Positions 43,258 through 53,400 of a stretch of 64,000 nt of DNA are shown here, piece by piece. The notes beneath the pieces were generated by a model that saw nothing but the letters and a program-made list of their open reading frames with translations, was not told the origin of the DNA and made no database searches. Position numbers and translations under genes: made by a program. The DNA is taken from positions 3,200,001 through 3,264,000 of the forward strand of contig CP181291.1 of assembly GCA_052279835.1 (NCBI GenBank). Reading direction: 5' to 3'. Origin of the DNA: Microcoleus sp. Lineage in GTDB: Bacteria; Cyanobacteriota; Cyanobacteriia; Cyanobacteriales; Microcoleaceae. Within the stretch, counting starts at the first letter, position 1. Each line of letters opens with the position of its first letter.

Positions 43258-45792
43258 ATGATGCGACTGCCAAAACTTTATACTTTACGCAAAAAGTTGA
43301 TCGTCTCCTTTTTAATAGTGGCGCTAATTCCGCTAATGTTGCTAGCGGCGATCGACAAACACGCCACTGAACAAATATTAACCAAGAATGCGGAACAATC
43401 TCTATTTGCGATCGCCTCCCAAACCGCTGTCAGCATCGACACTTTCATCACCGTCAATCTCAACGATGTCCGCGTCGCAGCCCTGTTACCAGGACTCTCA
43501 AAATACCTGAGTTTACCCCCAGAGTCTAGGGCTGAAAGTGAGGAAAAAAAAGTAGTTGAAGAGACTTTACATAGTCTCAGCCGTCGAGATACTGTGAATA
43601 TATTTTCCTATGCACTGCTAGACATCAATGGTAAAAATGTATTAGACACTTATACTGAGGATATCGGGAAAGATGAATCGAACCGCGATTACTTTCAACA
43701 ACCCTTGAACACCGGTTTACCCTATGTTTCAAATTTACGACTTTCCCCAAAAAAACCAGGTTTAGTTAACATTTATTTTAGCAATTTAGTTCGCAACAGC
43801 CAAGGAGTTGCGGTGGGGTTGTTGCGAGTATCATATAATGCGACTGTGTTGGATCAGTCCATCGCCCGACAAACTGGTTTAGCCGGTCAAAAATCCTTTG
43901 CTATTTTACTAGACGAAAATTATATTCGGTTAGCCCACGGTACGGAACCGGAATTAATTTTCAAATCCGTAGTTCCTCTCCCACCGGATTTGGTAAAAAA
44001 ATTGCAAGCTGAGAGGAGGTTGCCGGAGTTACCTCTGGATGAATTGTCCACTAATTTGCCCGCATTAAAACAGGGTTTAGACAGCGCTGTCGATCGACCT
44101 TTTTTAAGGTTGCGACTAACATCCACAGACAATCAACTGAGTGCAGTGGCGATCGCACCTTTACACAATCTCCCCTGGTACGTGCTATTTGTACAGCCAC
44201 AGTCAGTATTTCTCGCCCCCATAGAAGCCCAAACCCGCACCGCACTCATATTATCTCTAATTATTGCTAGCATTGTCACCCTCGTGGGGATTGTTTTAGC
44301 ACGAATCTTAGCTAAACCGATTATTGTTTTAACTCAAAGAATTGCCCAGTTCAAAGCAGGAAACTTAAATATTAGAATTCCCATAGAATCGAGAGACGAA
44401 CTGGGAAATCTCGCCGATACTTTCAATAAAATGATTGAAAGAATCCAAAGTTATACGGATAGCTTGGAAGTAAAAAATGCCGCTTTGTTGCAAGTGGAAT
44501 CGCAGTTACGTGAAAGCGAAAGCCGACTGTCCCAATTGCTAGAAGCAATGCCTGTCGGCGTGTTTGTCACCGATGCCAACGGTCAACCCTACTACGCCAA
44601 TCAGGTAGCCCAACAGTTACTTGGCCAAGGACTTTTAGCCGGAGATACAATAGAGGAATTAGTCCAAAATTATCAAATTTATATTGCCGGAACTAAGCAA
44701 AATTATAACTTAGAAATTTTTACGATTCCGAAACTATTGAGGGGAGAATATGCTAACGCTGACAATATAGAAATTCACCGCGCGGACAAGGTGATTCCCA
44801 TCGAAGCTTGGGGAACTCCGATTTTTGACAACCAAGGTAATATCTCTTATACAATTATCGCGTTTCAGGACATTTCGGAACGGCGAAAAATTGAAGCAGA
44901 GCGCGAAAAGTTTACTTCTGAACTATCGCAACTGAATCGCAACTTAAAAAAAGCCCTGGATGCCGAATTTGAACTAACCGATGCTTACGGTAGGTTTGTG
45001 CCGCATCAATTTTTGCATTTACTGGGATACGAAAGTATTGTTGATGTGAAATTGGGGGACAACGTACAGCAAAAAATGTCGGTGCTGTTTGCGGATATTC
45101 GGGATTTCACAGCGCTGTCGGAGAGCATGACACCTCAAGATAATTTTAAGTTTATCAATGATTATTTGATTCGGATGGAGCCTTGTATTACTGGGAGTAA
45201 TGGGTTTATTGATAAATATATTGGTGATGGGATTATGGCTTTGTTTAGCGGTAGTGCGGATGATGCGGTGAAAGCAGGAATTGCGATGCTACAAAGTCTG
45301 GGAGAATACAATTTAATCAGGAAAGAAGGAGGTTATGCGCCGATTAAAATTGGGATTGGGATTAATACTGGTTCTTTGATGTTGGGTACTGTGGGCGGGG
45401 AAAATCGGATGGATGGAACTGTGATTAGTGATGCTGTGAATTTGGCATCTCGTCTGGAAGGATTGACCAAAAATTATGGAATATCGCTGTTAATTAGTCA
45501 TCATACTTTTTCAGCGTTGACAATTCCTAGTGATTATGATATTCGGCTAATTGATCGAGTTCAGGTGAAAGGTAAGTCGGAGTTGGTGACTGTGTATGAG
45601 GTGTTTAATGCCGATTTACCGGAGGTGCGGGAGGCTAAGGCGATCGCCAAAACCGCTTTTGAAAGTGCCTGGATCTTGTACAATCAGGAAAGGTTTACTG
45701 AGGCGGCACAACTGTTTGAGGATTGTGTGCTAGGAAATCCGGCTGATGGGGTGGCTGCAATTTATCTCGATCGCTGTCAACAACAATTCTGA
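43258..45792 (+). CDS. Cache-HAMP-PAS class III adenylate cyclase
   Basis: two TM segments; FADIRDFT, DKYIGDG (Lys), MDGTVISDAVNLASRLE (Asp) indicate ATP specificity. Confidence 0.9.
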   Translation: MMRLPKLYTLRKKLIVSFLIVALIPLMLLAAIDKHATEQILTKNAEQSLFAIASQTAVSIDTFITVNLNDVRVAALLPGLSKYLSLPPESRAESEEKKVVEETLHSLSRRDTVNIFSYALLDINGKNVLDTYTEDIGKDESNRDYFQQPLNTGLPYVSNLRLSPKKPGLVNIYFSNLVRNSQGVAVGLLRVSYNATVLDQSIARQTGLAGQKSFAILLDENYIRLAHGTEPELIFKSVVPLPPDLVKKLQAERRLPELPLDELSTNLPALKQGLDSAVDRPFLRLRLTSTDNQLSAVAIAPLHNLPWYVLFVQPQSVFLAPIEAQTRTALILSLIIASIVTLVGIVLARILAKPIIVLTQRIAQFKAGNLNIRIPIESRDELGNLADTFNKMIERIQSYTDSLEVKNAALLQVESQLRESESRLSQLLEAMPVGVFVTDANGQPYYANQVAQQLLGQGLLAGDTIEELVQNYQIYIAGTKQNYNLEIFTIPKLLRGEYANADNIEIHRADKVIPIEAWGTPIFDNQGNISYTIIAFQDISERRKIEAEREKFTSELSQLNRNLKKALDAEFELTDAYGRFVPHQFLHLLGYESIVDVKLGDNVQQKMSVLFADIRDFTALSESMTPQDNFKFINDYLIRMEPCITGSNGFIDKYIGDGIMALFSGSADDAVKAGIAMLQSLGEYNLIRKEGGYAPIKIGIGINTGSLMLGTVGGENRMDGTVISDAVNLASRLEGLTKNYGISLLISHHTFSALTIPSDYDIRLIDRVQVKGKSELVTVYEVFNADLPEVREAKAIAKTAFESAWILYNQERFTEAAQLFEDCVLGNPADGVAAIYLDRCQQQF

Positions 45793-45886
45793 GAATTTTC
45801 CTGTCTTGCTCATAGCAAGAAGGGCGGGCTGATTGCCCACCCTTCGGTTGCTTGATATCTTTTTGATATCCGAGTTAGATTTTCAA

Positions 45887-45959
45887 TACCCCCAGGGGAA
45901 TTCGAATCCCCGTCGCATCCGTGAAAGGGATGTGTCCTAGGCCTCTAGACGATGGGGGC
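45887..45959 (-). tRNA. trnE: tRNA-Glu(UUC)
   Basis: reverse complement GCCCCCATCGTCTAGAGGCCTAGGACACATCCCTTTCACGGATGCGACGGGGATTCGAATTCCCCTGGGGGTA; no encoded CCA. Confidence 0.97.
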
Positions 45960-46052
45960 GCGTCGTTTGCTTGTGTTCCGCACCTTTATTACCTTAACTA
46001 ATCTTTCTAGATTTGTCAACCACTTTGAGAAAGTTTTTTTTAAACTTGTGGG

Positions 46053-47099
46053 TCAATCGTCGGAAAGCTCGTCACAGTAAGCTTTCAGAATCCGAGCACA
46101 ATTGTCGATCGCCCCTAGATGAGCAATCTCAAAGCCGTGGGTGTTCTGGGTAGGGAAGGCCAAACAAGCGGCACGGGCCACATGGCCGAACTTCATGGCG
46201 ATGGAAGCATCACTACCAAAACCGCTAATCGCCGCCAACTGCACCTGGACACCAGCCCGATCGGCCGCCACGCGCAATTGCCCATTCAACCCTTCATCAT
46301 AAATCCCATAGCCGTCCTGAACCAGCAACACTGGATTTTCGCCGTCGGCGATCGGGTATTCTGGAGCCAGCGGGCAAATTTCCAAAGCAATCAGCGCATC
46401 CAAGGGCTGCCGCTGCGAGAAATACAAAGCCCCGATCGCCCCAACCTCCTCCTTCGCCGAAGCCACCAAATAAACATTCACCGCAGGCTCTGTCAAACAT
46501 TCCGCCAAACCCAACAAAATCGCCACAGAAGCCTTGTTATCCAGAGTGTAGCTCCCGATCCAATCCTTCAAGCGGATCGGCTGTTTGCGGTGCTTTCCCA
46601 CCACCATCCGCGTTCCTGGCCGAACTCCCGCCTCCGCTAATTCCTCAGTAGTACACTTAGTTTCGATCCACGCATCTTCCCACTTGAGGGAAACATCCTC
46701 CTGCTGAGCTTTTTGAGGGGATTCGTGGGAGACGTGACGGCTTCCGAAGCTGAGAATGCCACTAATTGTTTGGTTGTCGCCCAACAAATCGACAACGCCT
46801 TCGCCGTAAACCCAGGGAAACGCGCCCCCTAATTTGCGAACTTCCACCCGCCCCTGGCTACCGATGGTTTTGACAATCGCCCCAATTTCGTCTTTGTGGG
46901 CGGTAATGGCGATCGACTTTTGCCGATTGCGCCCCGGAATCAGGGCGATGACATTATCGGCGCGATCGATCCAAGCATTCACTCCCAGGGCTGCAAATTT
47001 TTCCATTAACCCCTGATTAATTTCTGATTCCACGCCGCTGGGGGAGTATAGCATCACTAATTCTGCGATGGTTTGAAAAAGTCGATCGAACTCTAGCAT
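46053..47099 (-). CDS. M42 family metallopeptidase
   Basis: SPSGVE, TAHKDEIG, LDNKAS, KEEVG, NTHGFE. Confidence 0.88.
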   Translation of the reverse strand: MLEFDRLFQTIAELVMLYSPSGVESEINQGLMEKFAALGVNAWIDRADNVIALIPGRNRQKSIAITAHKDEIGAIVKTIGSQGRVEVRKLGGAFPWVYGEGVVDLLGDNQTISGILSFGSRHVSHESPQKAQQEDVSLKWEDAWIETKCTTEELAEAGVRPGTRMVVGKHRKQPIRLKDWIGSYTLDNKASVAILLGLAECLTEPAVNVYLVASAKEEVGAIGALYFSQRQPLDALIALEICPLAPEYPIADGENPVLLVQDGYGIYDEGLNGQLRVAADRAGVQVQLAAISGFGSDASIAMKFGHVARAACLAFPTQNTHGFEIAHLGAIDNCARILKAYCDELSDD

Positions 47100-47320
47100 T
47101 GTTGATTTTCTGGTTGGCTAGCGCAGGTTAATATACAATAACGCGGGGTGCATTTATCTAGATTCTAGTTTTGAATTTGAGTTTATTAGTATCGAAGCAG
47201 CAATCAACAATAAGCAAGCACCAAGCAGCACTAACATCAATGATTTCAGCCATTAATAATGTCCTCAACATCTTCAAGGTCGCTCTACCACCCACCCCTA
47301 CAGGTCGCTATCCCTTGATT

Positions 47321-48055
47321 ATGCTATTCACTAAAATTGTGCGACTCCTGAAACGGAAAATTAGAGCCAAAAAATTGGGGATAAAATTTCCCAGAGTTGC
47401 CAAGTTTAATTTACCCGATAGTTTAATTGTACAAGGCAAGACTCAACCCCTTAAATTACCTTCCGAAAAAGGCATGGACGGAGAATTTATCGAAGTGCTT
47501 TTAGACGACTGCTATGGCTTAGAGCAATTACCTCCATCCCTGCTAAAAATTATAGATGTGGGAGCCAATGTGGGATTGTTTTCGATTGCCGCCCGCAACC
47601 GCTTTCCCCAAGCAGTGATTCACGCCTATGAAGCTAATCCTAACTTGGAAAAGTATCTCCAAAATCAGTCTCAAATTGCCAGTTTTGCCTATTTCATGGA
47701 AGCCATCGGCGCTAGAGATGGTAAAGTAGTGCTCGATATCCGGGAAGTATCGGGAAAAACGCGATCGACTGTCACGGAAAACGGCGATATACCGATGGTA
47801 TCCTTCAAAAGGGCGATCGATCGCATCGGTGGCAAAGTAGATTTAGCTAAAATAGACTGCGAAGGTGCAGAATGGCCCTTATTTGAAGATAAAGAAATTT
47901 GGCAATTTGTGGAAAATCTTTCTTTAGAATATCACTTGTGGTCTGGACACACCCACGCCGAAACTAGACAAGTTATTGAAAGTTTAGGATTTAAAATAAA
48001 AAAACAAATACCGATAGATAAATGGTACGGTTTAATTCTAGCATCCCGTACTTAA
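47321..48055 (+). CDS. FkbM family methyltransferase
   Basis: IDVGANVG, KIDCEGAE, LEYH; start placed at MLFTK. Confidence 0.85.
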   Translation: MLFTKIVRLLKRKIRAKKLGIKFPRVAKFNLPDSLIVQGKTQPLKLPSEKGMDGEFIEVLLDDCYGLEQLPPSLLKIIDVGANVGLFSIAARNRFPQAVIHAYEANPNLEKYLQNQSQIASFAYFMEAIGARDGKVVLDIREVSGKTRSTVTENGDIPMVSFKRAIDRIGGKVDLAKIDCEGAEWPLFEDKEIWQFVENLSLEYHLWSGHTHAETRQVIESLGFKIKKQIPIDKWYGLILASRT

Positions 48056-48114
48056 ATAGCCCCTTTAACTCTAAGTCTGCTTAGTCAGTTTCCGCCGACT
48101 ACCTTAGACAATAA

Positions 48115-48198
48115 TTTGCAAATATATTCCTAGGGGCTGTCACCTTGGGGCAGACAATTTATTAATGATAACCAGAGATTTACAGCTCATGCTATAGC
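48115..48198. repeat. Dispersed palindromic repeat family, copy C (degenerate)
   Basis: CAGACAATTTATTAATGATAACCAGAGATTTACAG core. Confidence 0.7.
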
Positions 48199-48229
48199 CA
48201 TTACCAAATCTGGAGGCTCCCCCGTTTTT

Positions 48230-49150
48230 TCACAAAGGTTGTTTATGTCGTTCTTCAACTTTGTCCTTTAATTTTTCTATAATCGATTGCAAACGACTCG
48301 CGTGTCTGACCATTTCGTCTTGATAAAAATCCAGTACACGACTCAAGCCGATTAGTTGACTTGCTTCCAGTATTTCCCTAGGAACAATCTTGTTATTAGC
48401 CATAACTATCTGGGTGTTTGGGGAGTTATTAAAAACTACTTCCCCATCAAAAGGCAACAGGGCAGTTTTCACTGCCACCGCTAAAATATTTAACTGTTCT
48501 GCTATATTTAAGGAAATTTCTATGTTCAGTAAAATTTCTACCACAAATAAACTTCCCGAAGGCAGCAGTCCACCTATTCCTAACACAGATTTGACTTCAT
48601 AGGGAATAACTAATGAATTTTGTTCAGCAATAAAGGGGCTATTTCGGGCTGAGGATATATAAAAAATATTTAATAACTTTGGCTCCATTTTTAACATTTT
48701 TTCATCAGCAATTCCCAGGACGGTAGGAATATCCAAACCTAACTGTAGAATCCGTTCAGAAATTGGCGGCATTTGAGCTACCAATGCTTCATTTACTAAG
48801 GGAGTGACGATATTCGAGGCTTCGTCAGCATAATTAGACTGGGGTTCTTTTCCTGCTGAGGCTAACAGCGTCCAGCATTTCATTTCATAGGGGGGAACAT
48901 TATTGTGCATCAAGCTACGGGCAGATGCTTGCAATGAATCGTCTAATCCTCCGTAGGGATGGGTTTTGAAAAGACGTACTAAAACACAGGAATTTTGGGA
49001 GCTTTCGGAGTCATAAAAATGTTGATAAATATAATCAGCAATTTTTTGACTGGTCTCTTGCATACTACCAGAATTTCTAGCGAACTGGCGCAGGACTAAG
49101 CTACATTTTGCCAAATTTCTCAAGGTAAACGGGGTCTGATTATACATCAA
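48230..49150 (-). CDS. Stand-alone or truncated GAF-like sensor domain, resembling N-termini of cyanobacterial kinases
   Basis: CVLVRLFKTHPY, VKSVLGIGGLLPSG; ends in a coiled coil with no transmitter domain. Confidence 0.6.
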   Translation of the reverse strand: MMYNQTPFTLRNLAKCSLVLRQFARNSGSMQETSQKIADYIYQHFYDSESSQNSCVLVRLFKTHPYGGLDDSLQASARSLMHNNVPPYEMKCWTLLASAGKEPQSNYADEASNIVTPLVNEALVAQMPPISERILQLGLDIPTVLGIADEKMLKMEPKLLNIFYISSARNSPFIAEQNSLVIPYEVKSVLGIGGLLPSGSLFVVEILLNIEISLNIAEQLNILAVAVKTALLPFDGEVVFNNSPNTQIVMANNKIVPREILEASQLIGLSRVLDFYQDEMVRHASRLQSIIEKLKDKVEERHKQPL

Positions 49151-49308
49151 AAAACGCTCTCCCAGAAATTGAATACTCTTTTCTATTTATCCTTCTGGCT
49201 AGGGCCAGATCCGGAATAATATTGAGAGTTTTCCGAGGGACGGTGAGTGAAAATAGATAGAATTTTGGCTAATCAAATTTAAATTATATAAAAAAAATAC
49301 TATAGCCA

Positions 49309-49339
49309 GATAGCCGACTTCTGAAAGAAATCGGCTATC
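49309..49339. repeat. CCGACTTC..GAAATCGG palindromic repeat/terminator
   Basis: GATAGCCGA...TCGGCTATC. Confidence 0.6.
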
Positions 49340-49365
49340 TAACAGATATCGGCTTTTAGCTGTCG

Positions 49366-50763
49366 CTACTGAGGAGGTTGAGACTTGGCTTCCCCAGCAT
49401 CTTTTGCAGATAATCCCTGATCTTGAACGCCAAAATACCACAAACTAGCCGCGGCTTCGGCGCGAGTCACGGATTTTTTTGGTTGAAACAATGTTGTGAA
49501 ACCAAAAACCCGGCGAATATTAGCTAAATCTCCATTGTTAAAATCTGCTAAAACTGCTCGCGATGCTTGGGAATCAATTTTAGAAGCATCTTGAAAACCC
49601 CACTTTTCTTTCACTGCATCAATGTTAGCTGTGGGTAAGACTTGACGAGTATCTAAAGGTACTTTCCACAGAATCATTGCTTCGCGAGTTAAAGGTGCAT
49701 CGGGACGAAATTTAATATCTTTAGTTTCTCCTGAAATGCTACTGGGAATTAAACCGGCTTCTGCTAAACCTTGAATGGCTGCAAAATCTGGGTCGGTTTT
49801 GGGTATGTCAGCAAAAGCTGGTTCGCTGGATGCTACTGCTAATCTAATTTGTTTGGCTTGACGGCTGGCATAAATTTGATTGTTAGCAGCTACTAACCAG
49901 CGGGCATATTCCCGACGGGTTGCTATTTTGTTGGGTTCGGGTAAGGTGTTTTCTGTTTCTAAATTGGCACCAGATTTCGATCGCACTTTCAGCACTTCCA
50001 ATGAACCTAAATCTGCTACATACTGCCGCAATTGTTGAGGAATTTGGCTATCTAGTTGGCTGACTTTTTTGGTTTTTGACTCTGGAGATGATGTAGCCGT
50101 TGGTGCTTCGGAATTAGACGGGGTTGGGGCGGCTGTAGGAGATTGGGTAGCATCGGAATTCTGAGATTGGGGATTGGTGGCAATTTCCCCATTTGCTTTG
50201 TCGTATGCAATCACAAATTCTGTCGCACCTCCTAATTTTTGGGTAGGAGAAAGTGACACTGTTACTCGCAATTTATCTTGCTGGGCTACCACAGAACCTT
50301 GTCCGTCGGGGGTTGGGGGAGTGACTATTTTCCAGTTGCTACGCCCAAACTCATTCTGATAAAAACTTTGAATGGAATTAATCGGATCGGTGCTTTCGTA
50401 GCGCAGTCGTATATTTTGTTCTGAGGGGGTGCTTGGCCCTGTAACTTCGACCAACTGAGCATTAGGATATAGGGGTATCTCTGTTGGGAAATCGGGAGGG
50501 AGTTTGGCGTTTGTGCTGGTGTCCACTGGTGTCGCTGGCTGGGGGGAAGCCAAAGCCACGGGATTTTCTTTTAATTTGGGATCGGCGGCGAAGGATTCTT
50601 CCATCGCCTTGCTGTTGGGGCTGTTGGCGCAGCCTGTGACAGCCCCAAGCAGACAGATTGCTAGCAAAGCATTTACAGTTGCGAGTATATGGGTTTTACT
50701 GGTTTTAGTTGGCGATCGCCCTGTCAAGTCGCCTCGCCGTTGAGCAAATATAATATTCAACAT
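49366..50763 (-). CDS. S-layer homology (SLH) domain lipoprotein
   Basis: lipobox AVTGC; FADIP..DPDF..IQGLAEAG, FRPDAPLTRE, VTRAEAA. Confidence 0.85.
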   Translation of the reverse strand: MLNIIFAQRRGDLTGRSPTKTSKTHILATVNALLAICLLGAVTGCANSPNSKAMEESFAADPKLKENPVALASPQPATPVDTSTNAKLPPDFPTEIPLYPNAQLVEVTGPSTPSEQNIRLRYESTDPINSIQSFYQNEFGRSNWKIVTPPTPDGQGSVVAQQDKLRVTVSLSPTQKLGGATEFVIAYDKANGEIATNPQSQNSDATQSPTAAPTPSNSEAPTATSSPESKTKKVSQLDSQIPQQLRQYVADLGSLEVLKVRSKSGANLETENTLPEPNKIATRREYARWLVAANNQIYASRQAKQIRLAVASSEPAFADIPKTDPDFAAIQGLAEAGLIPSSISGETKDIKFRPDAPLTREAMILWKVPLDTRQVLPTANIDAVKEKWGFQDASKIDSQASRAVLADFNNGDLANIRRVFGFTTLFQPKKSVTRAEAAASLWYFGVQDQGLSAKDAGEAKSQPPQ

Positions 50764-50832
50764 AAATCCCCCGTTTGCGGATATAGTTCTAGGCTAGCGC
50801 AAATCCATCGGGCTAACCTAATTATTGCCAAA

Positions 50833-51378
50833 ATGAACTTCCTACATTTATTCCTAGTTACTGCTACATTATTTGTCTCTGTTGTCAAGTTTGCTAGTCC
50901 CCTCCAGGCTGAATCTGCTCCCAGGACGGCCGTACTTGCTCAACCGGATTGGCAGCCCTTTTGTTCCGCTGAGGGTTTGTTTGCGATCGACATACCAGGA
51001 ACTACCAAAATTAATGCCGAAACTTTTTCAAATCAGATTATTGTTCATACCTACCGCTCGATCTTAAAAAATCAAGAAACTTATTTACTGCAATACTTCG
51101 ACTTAGATTTAGCCCTCACTAATAATAACATTAAAATCACTTTAAATAATGCCGTAGATTTATTTGTGGTCGGATCTAATGCCAAATTGCTGCAAGTGCG
51201 CGATATTTCCCTGGGTAGTTATCCGGGAAAAGAATTTGAGTTTCAGTCCCTTTCCCCTAGTGTACCTGTAGGTGTAGGTCAGGTATTTTTGGTGGACAGA
51301 CGTCTTTACGGCTTAGTCGCCATTACCTCAAAACCTGAAAATGCTCAAAAATTTCTCGAATCTTTTCGTTTATTTTAA
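50833..51378 (+). CDS. Secreted hypothetical protein
   Basis: signal peptide; LGSYPGKEF and FLESFRL motifs. Confidence 0.7.
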   Translation: MNFLHLFLVTATLFVSVVKFASPLQAESAPRTAVLAQPDWQPFCSAEGLFAIDIPGTTKINAETFSNQIIVHTYRSILKNQETYLLQYFDLDLALTNNNIKITLNNAVDLFVVGSNAKLLQVRDISLGSYPGKEFEFQSLSPSVPVGVGQVFLVDRRLYGLVAITSKPENAQKFLESFRLF

Positions 51379-51440
51379 ATCAGAACATGGAAGGTTCCCA
51401 AGCCTGTACTTGGGAACGATAAATGCACAGGTTGTGCCTG

Positions 51441-51860
51441 CTACTTCTGATGGGATACCTCAATTACGGTGTGCACGTTCCCCCGTGGCGAAAAATCGCC
51501 TTTAATGGTGGCTGAATGTGGCGCGCAAGCGGCGACAAAATCGTCTAGAATTTGGTTGATCGATTCTTCGTGAGAAATGTAGCGATCGCGATAACTGTTA
51601 ATGTACAGCTTGAGCGCCTTCAATTCCACTACTCGTTCGTCGGGCACGTAGGTGACGTGAATTGTCGCAAAATCGGGATAGCCGGAAAACGGACACTTGC
51701 AGGTAAACTCCGGTAAAGTAATGTTAATTGAGTAACGTCGGCCGACTCGCGGATTCGGGAAGGTAATTAACTCTCCTTCTAAAATCTGGCGTTCGCCGTA
51801 TTTCATTGCCTCGGTACTTGACTTTTGTGACATACTTTCTTCTGTTTGGTGGTTGTTCAT
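51441..51860 (-). CDS. queF: preQ0 reductase
   Basis: EFTCKCPFSGYPDFA, VELKALKLY, SHE, PRG. Confidence 0.95.
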   Translation of the reverse strand: MNNHQTEESMSQKSSTEAMKYGERQILEGELITFPNPRVGRRYSINITLPEFTCKCPFSGYPDFATIHVTYVPDERVVELKALKLYINSYRDRYISHEESINQILDDFVAACAPHSATIKGDFSPRGNVHTVIEVSHQK

Positions 51861-52007
51861 AGCGAGCCACTGGAAACTGCTAACATTTAATTAAACTTCA
51901 CTATCAATATCTGTAACAAATATCTTGACGAATTGTGTGGCGATCGATCTAATTGCAAATACTCTCAGGCTAAACTAAAAAAAGCTCACCCTCGCCATCT
52001 ATAAATT

Positions 52008-52640
52008 ATGCAAAATACTACCTTACCTGACCATAACTCCTCCGCCAACTCAAATAACTACTCTCCATCAGTACCTATTTCCCTCTACCGAGAAGTCACT
52101 GCCGAGTTGCAATCAGCCCAAGCAATGCTTGACTCTCTCAAAACTCATAATCAGCAATTAGTCCAACAAAATCAACAACTGCGGCGAGAAGTAGAAACAG
52201 TAGTTCAAGCATCCATATATCTACAGCAAGCGGTCAATTCAGCTCAAAGTGTTAGCCAGACTGGGATGCCTCAAATGACTCCGGTTAAAAAATTCAATCT
52301 CAGCGTGGAATCCCCTCGCCTAGCATCTTTACCATTCCCGGCTGACTATTCCGTACCCAACGACACCTCTACCCCAAATCCAGCCCCTCCCACTGTGAAT
52401 TTCCCCTTTCCCATAGCAGCAGCCGAACCCACAGCCCCTTCCCTAGATGAACAACTGCCCGATAAACTTCCCGAAAAATTATTTACCGAAGTACCCGAAA
52501 CTCCTTACCGTTTGCGTTCTCAACCAAAAAAAGCGTCTGACTTAAGCGGATTGTGGTTAGCCCTTGCTATTTTTCTGATTGTGATTGCTGCTTTCGGCGC
52601 TGGTTATGTAGTTGTTCGCCCTTTATTAATGAAAAAGTAA
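52008..52640 (+). CDS. Conserved cyanobacterial coiled-coil protein with C-terminal TM
   Basis: PSVPISLYREV..EL; hydrophobic C-terminus. Confidence 0.75.
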   Translation: MQNTTLPDHNSSANSNNYSPSVPISLYREVTAELQSAQAMLDSLKTHNQQLVQQNQQLRREVETVVQASIYLQQAVNSAQSVSQTGMPQMTPVKKFNLSVESPRLASLPFPADYSVPNDTSTPNPAPPTVNFPFPIAAAEPTAPSLDEQLPDKLPEKLFTEVPETPYRLRSQPKKASDLSGLWLALAIFLIVIAAFGAGYVVVRPLLMKK

Positions 52641-52654
52641 ATTTCCAAAACAAT

Positions 52655-52680
52655 AATCCCACGGTTCTAACCGTGGGATT
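52655..52680. terminator. Bidirectional hairpin between convergent genes
   Basis: AATCCCACGGTT-CT-AACCGTGGGATT. Confidence 0.75.
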
Positions 52681-52728
52681 TTCAGCAAAGGATAGCATAA
52701 AATAGTTAAAGTTACGCTAATTGGCTGA

Positions 52729-53151
52729 TTATACTCTAGTGGCACCCGTCTCTATCAAACGAGGCGCATACTGTTCTTCAGAAGCAGAACCTAAGATGCC
52801 CACCCCTGGCTCGAAACCGCGCGTGAACTCAGTGAGTTTTACCTGTTTAGCTTCCAAAGCTGTCTGTAGCACCTTCATGGCCTTGTGAGGGTCGCCGGCA
52901 CCGCAGAAGAATAAATCCGCAGCAAAATAACCGTGTTCAGGCCAAGTATGGATTGCTATATGAGACTCAGCCAAAGTAGCAGTAGCCGTCACTCCGTGAG
53001 GACTAAACTGGTGTACGCACAAATCGATGAGAGTAGCTCCTCCGGCTTCGATCGCATCGAGAATAGCGCGGCGGATACGTTCAGGATCGTTGAGCAGGTC
53101 TCCAGGAGACTGCCAAGCATCAGCGACCAGATGGGTTCCCAATTGTTTCAT
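52729..53151 (-). CDS. speD: S-adenosylmethionine decarboxylase proenzyme
   Basis: GTHL, FSPHGVT, LAESHIAIHTWPE, FFCG. Confidence 0.9.
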   Translation of the reverse strand: MKQLGTHLVADAWQSPGDLLNDPERIRRAILDAIEAGGATLIDLCVHQFSPHGVTATATLAESHIAIHTWPEHGYFAADLFFCGAGDPHKAMKVLQTALEAKQVKLTEFTRGFEPGVGILGSASEEQYAPRLIETGATRV

Positions 53152-53306
53152 TCTGCGGGGTTTTACCTCTATTGATTTTAAGTCTCAAACCTTTTAACCT
53201 TAGCACGGTGTCTCTACTTTGGCAAGTAGGCAAACCCAAAATTTTTCAGATAGTCGCAAAGGAGCGATCGAGAATTGGTAATAGGTAATAGGTAATTGGT
53301 AATTGA

Positions 53307-53399
53307 TAGGGGCTTTCGCATTCCGGATGTAAATCTCTGGTTATCACTAATAAATTGTCTGTCGGAATGCGAAAGCCCTTACAAAATCGGGATGCTCCC
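53307..53399. repeat. Dispersed palindromic repeat family, copy B
   Basis: arms GGGCTTTCGCATTCCG/CGGAATGCGAAAGCCC around the shared core; end GGGATGCTCCC. Confidence 0.8.
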
Positions 53400-53400
53400 A

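Noticed and set aside
25672..45959. Signalling cluster as a tRNA-Glu-integrated island
   Set aside because: No duplicated tRNA 3' end at the far boundary, no integrase, host-like HIP1 content
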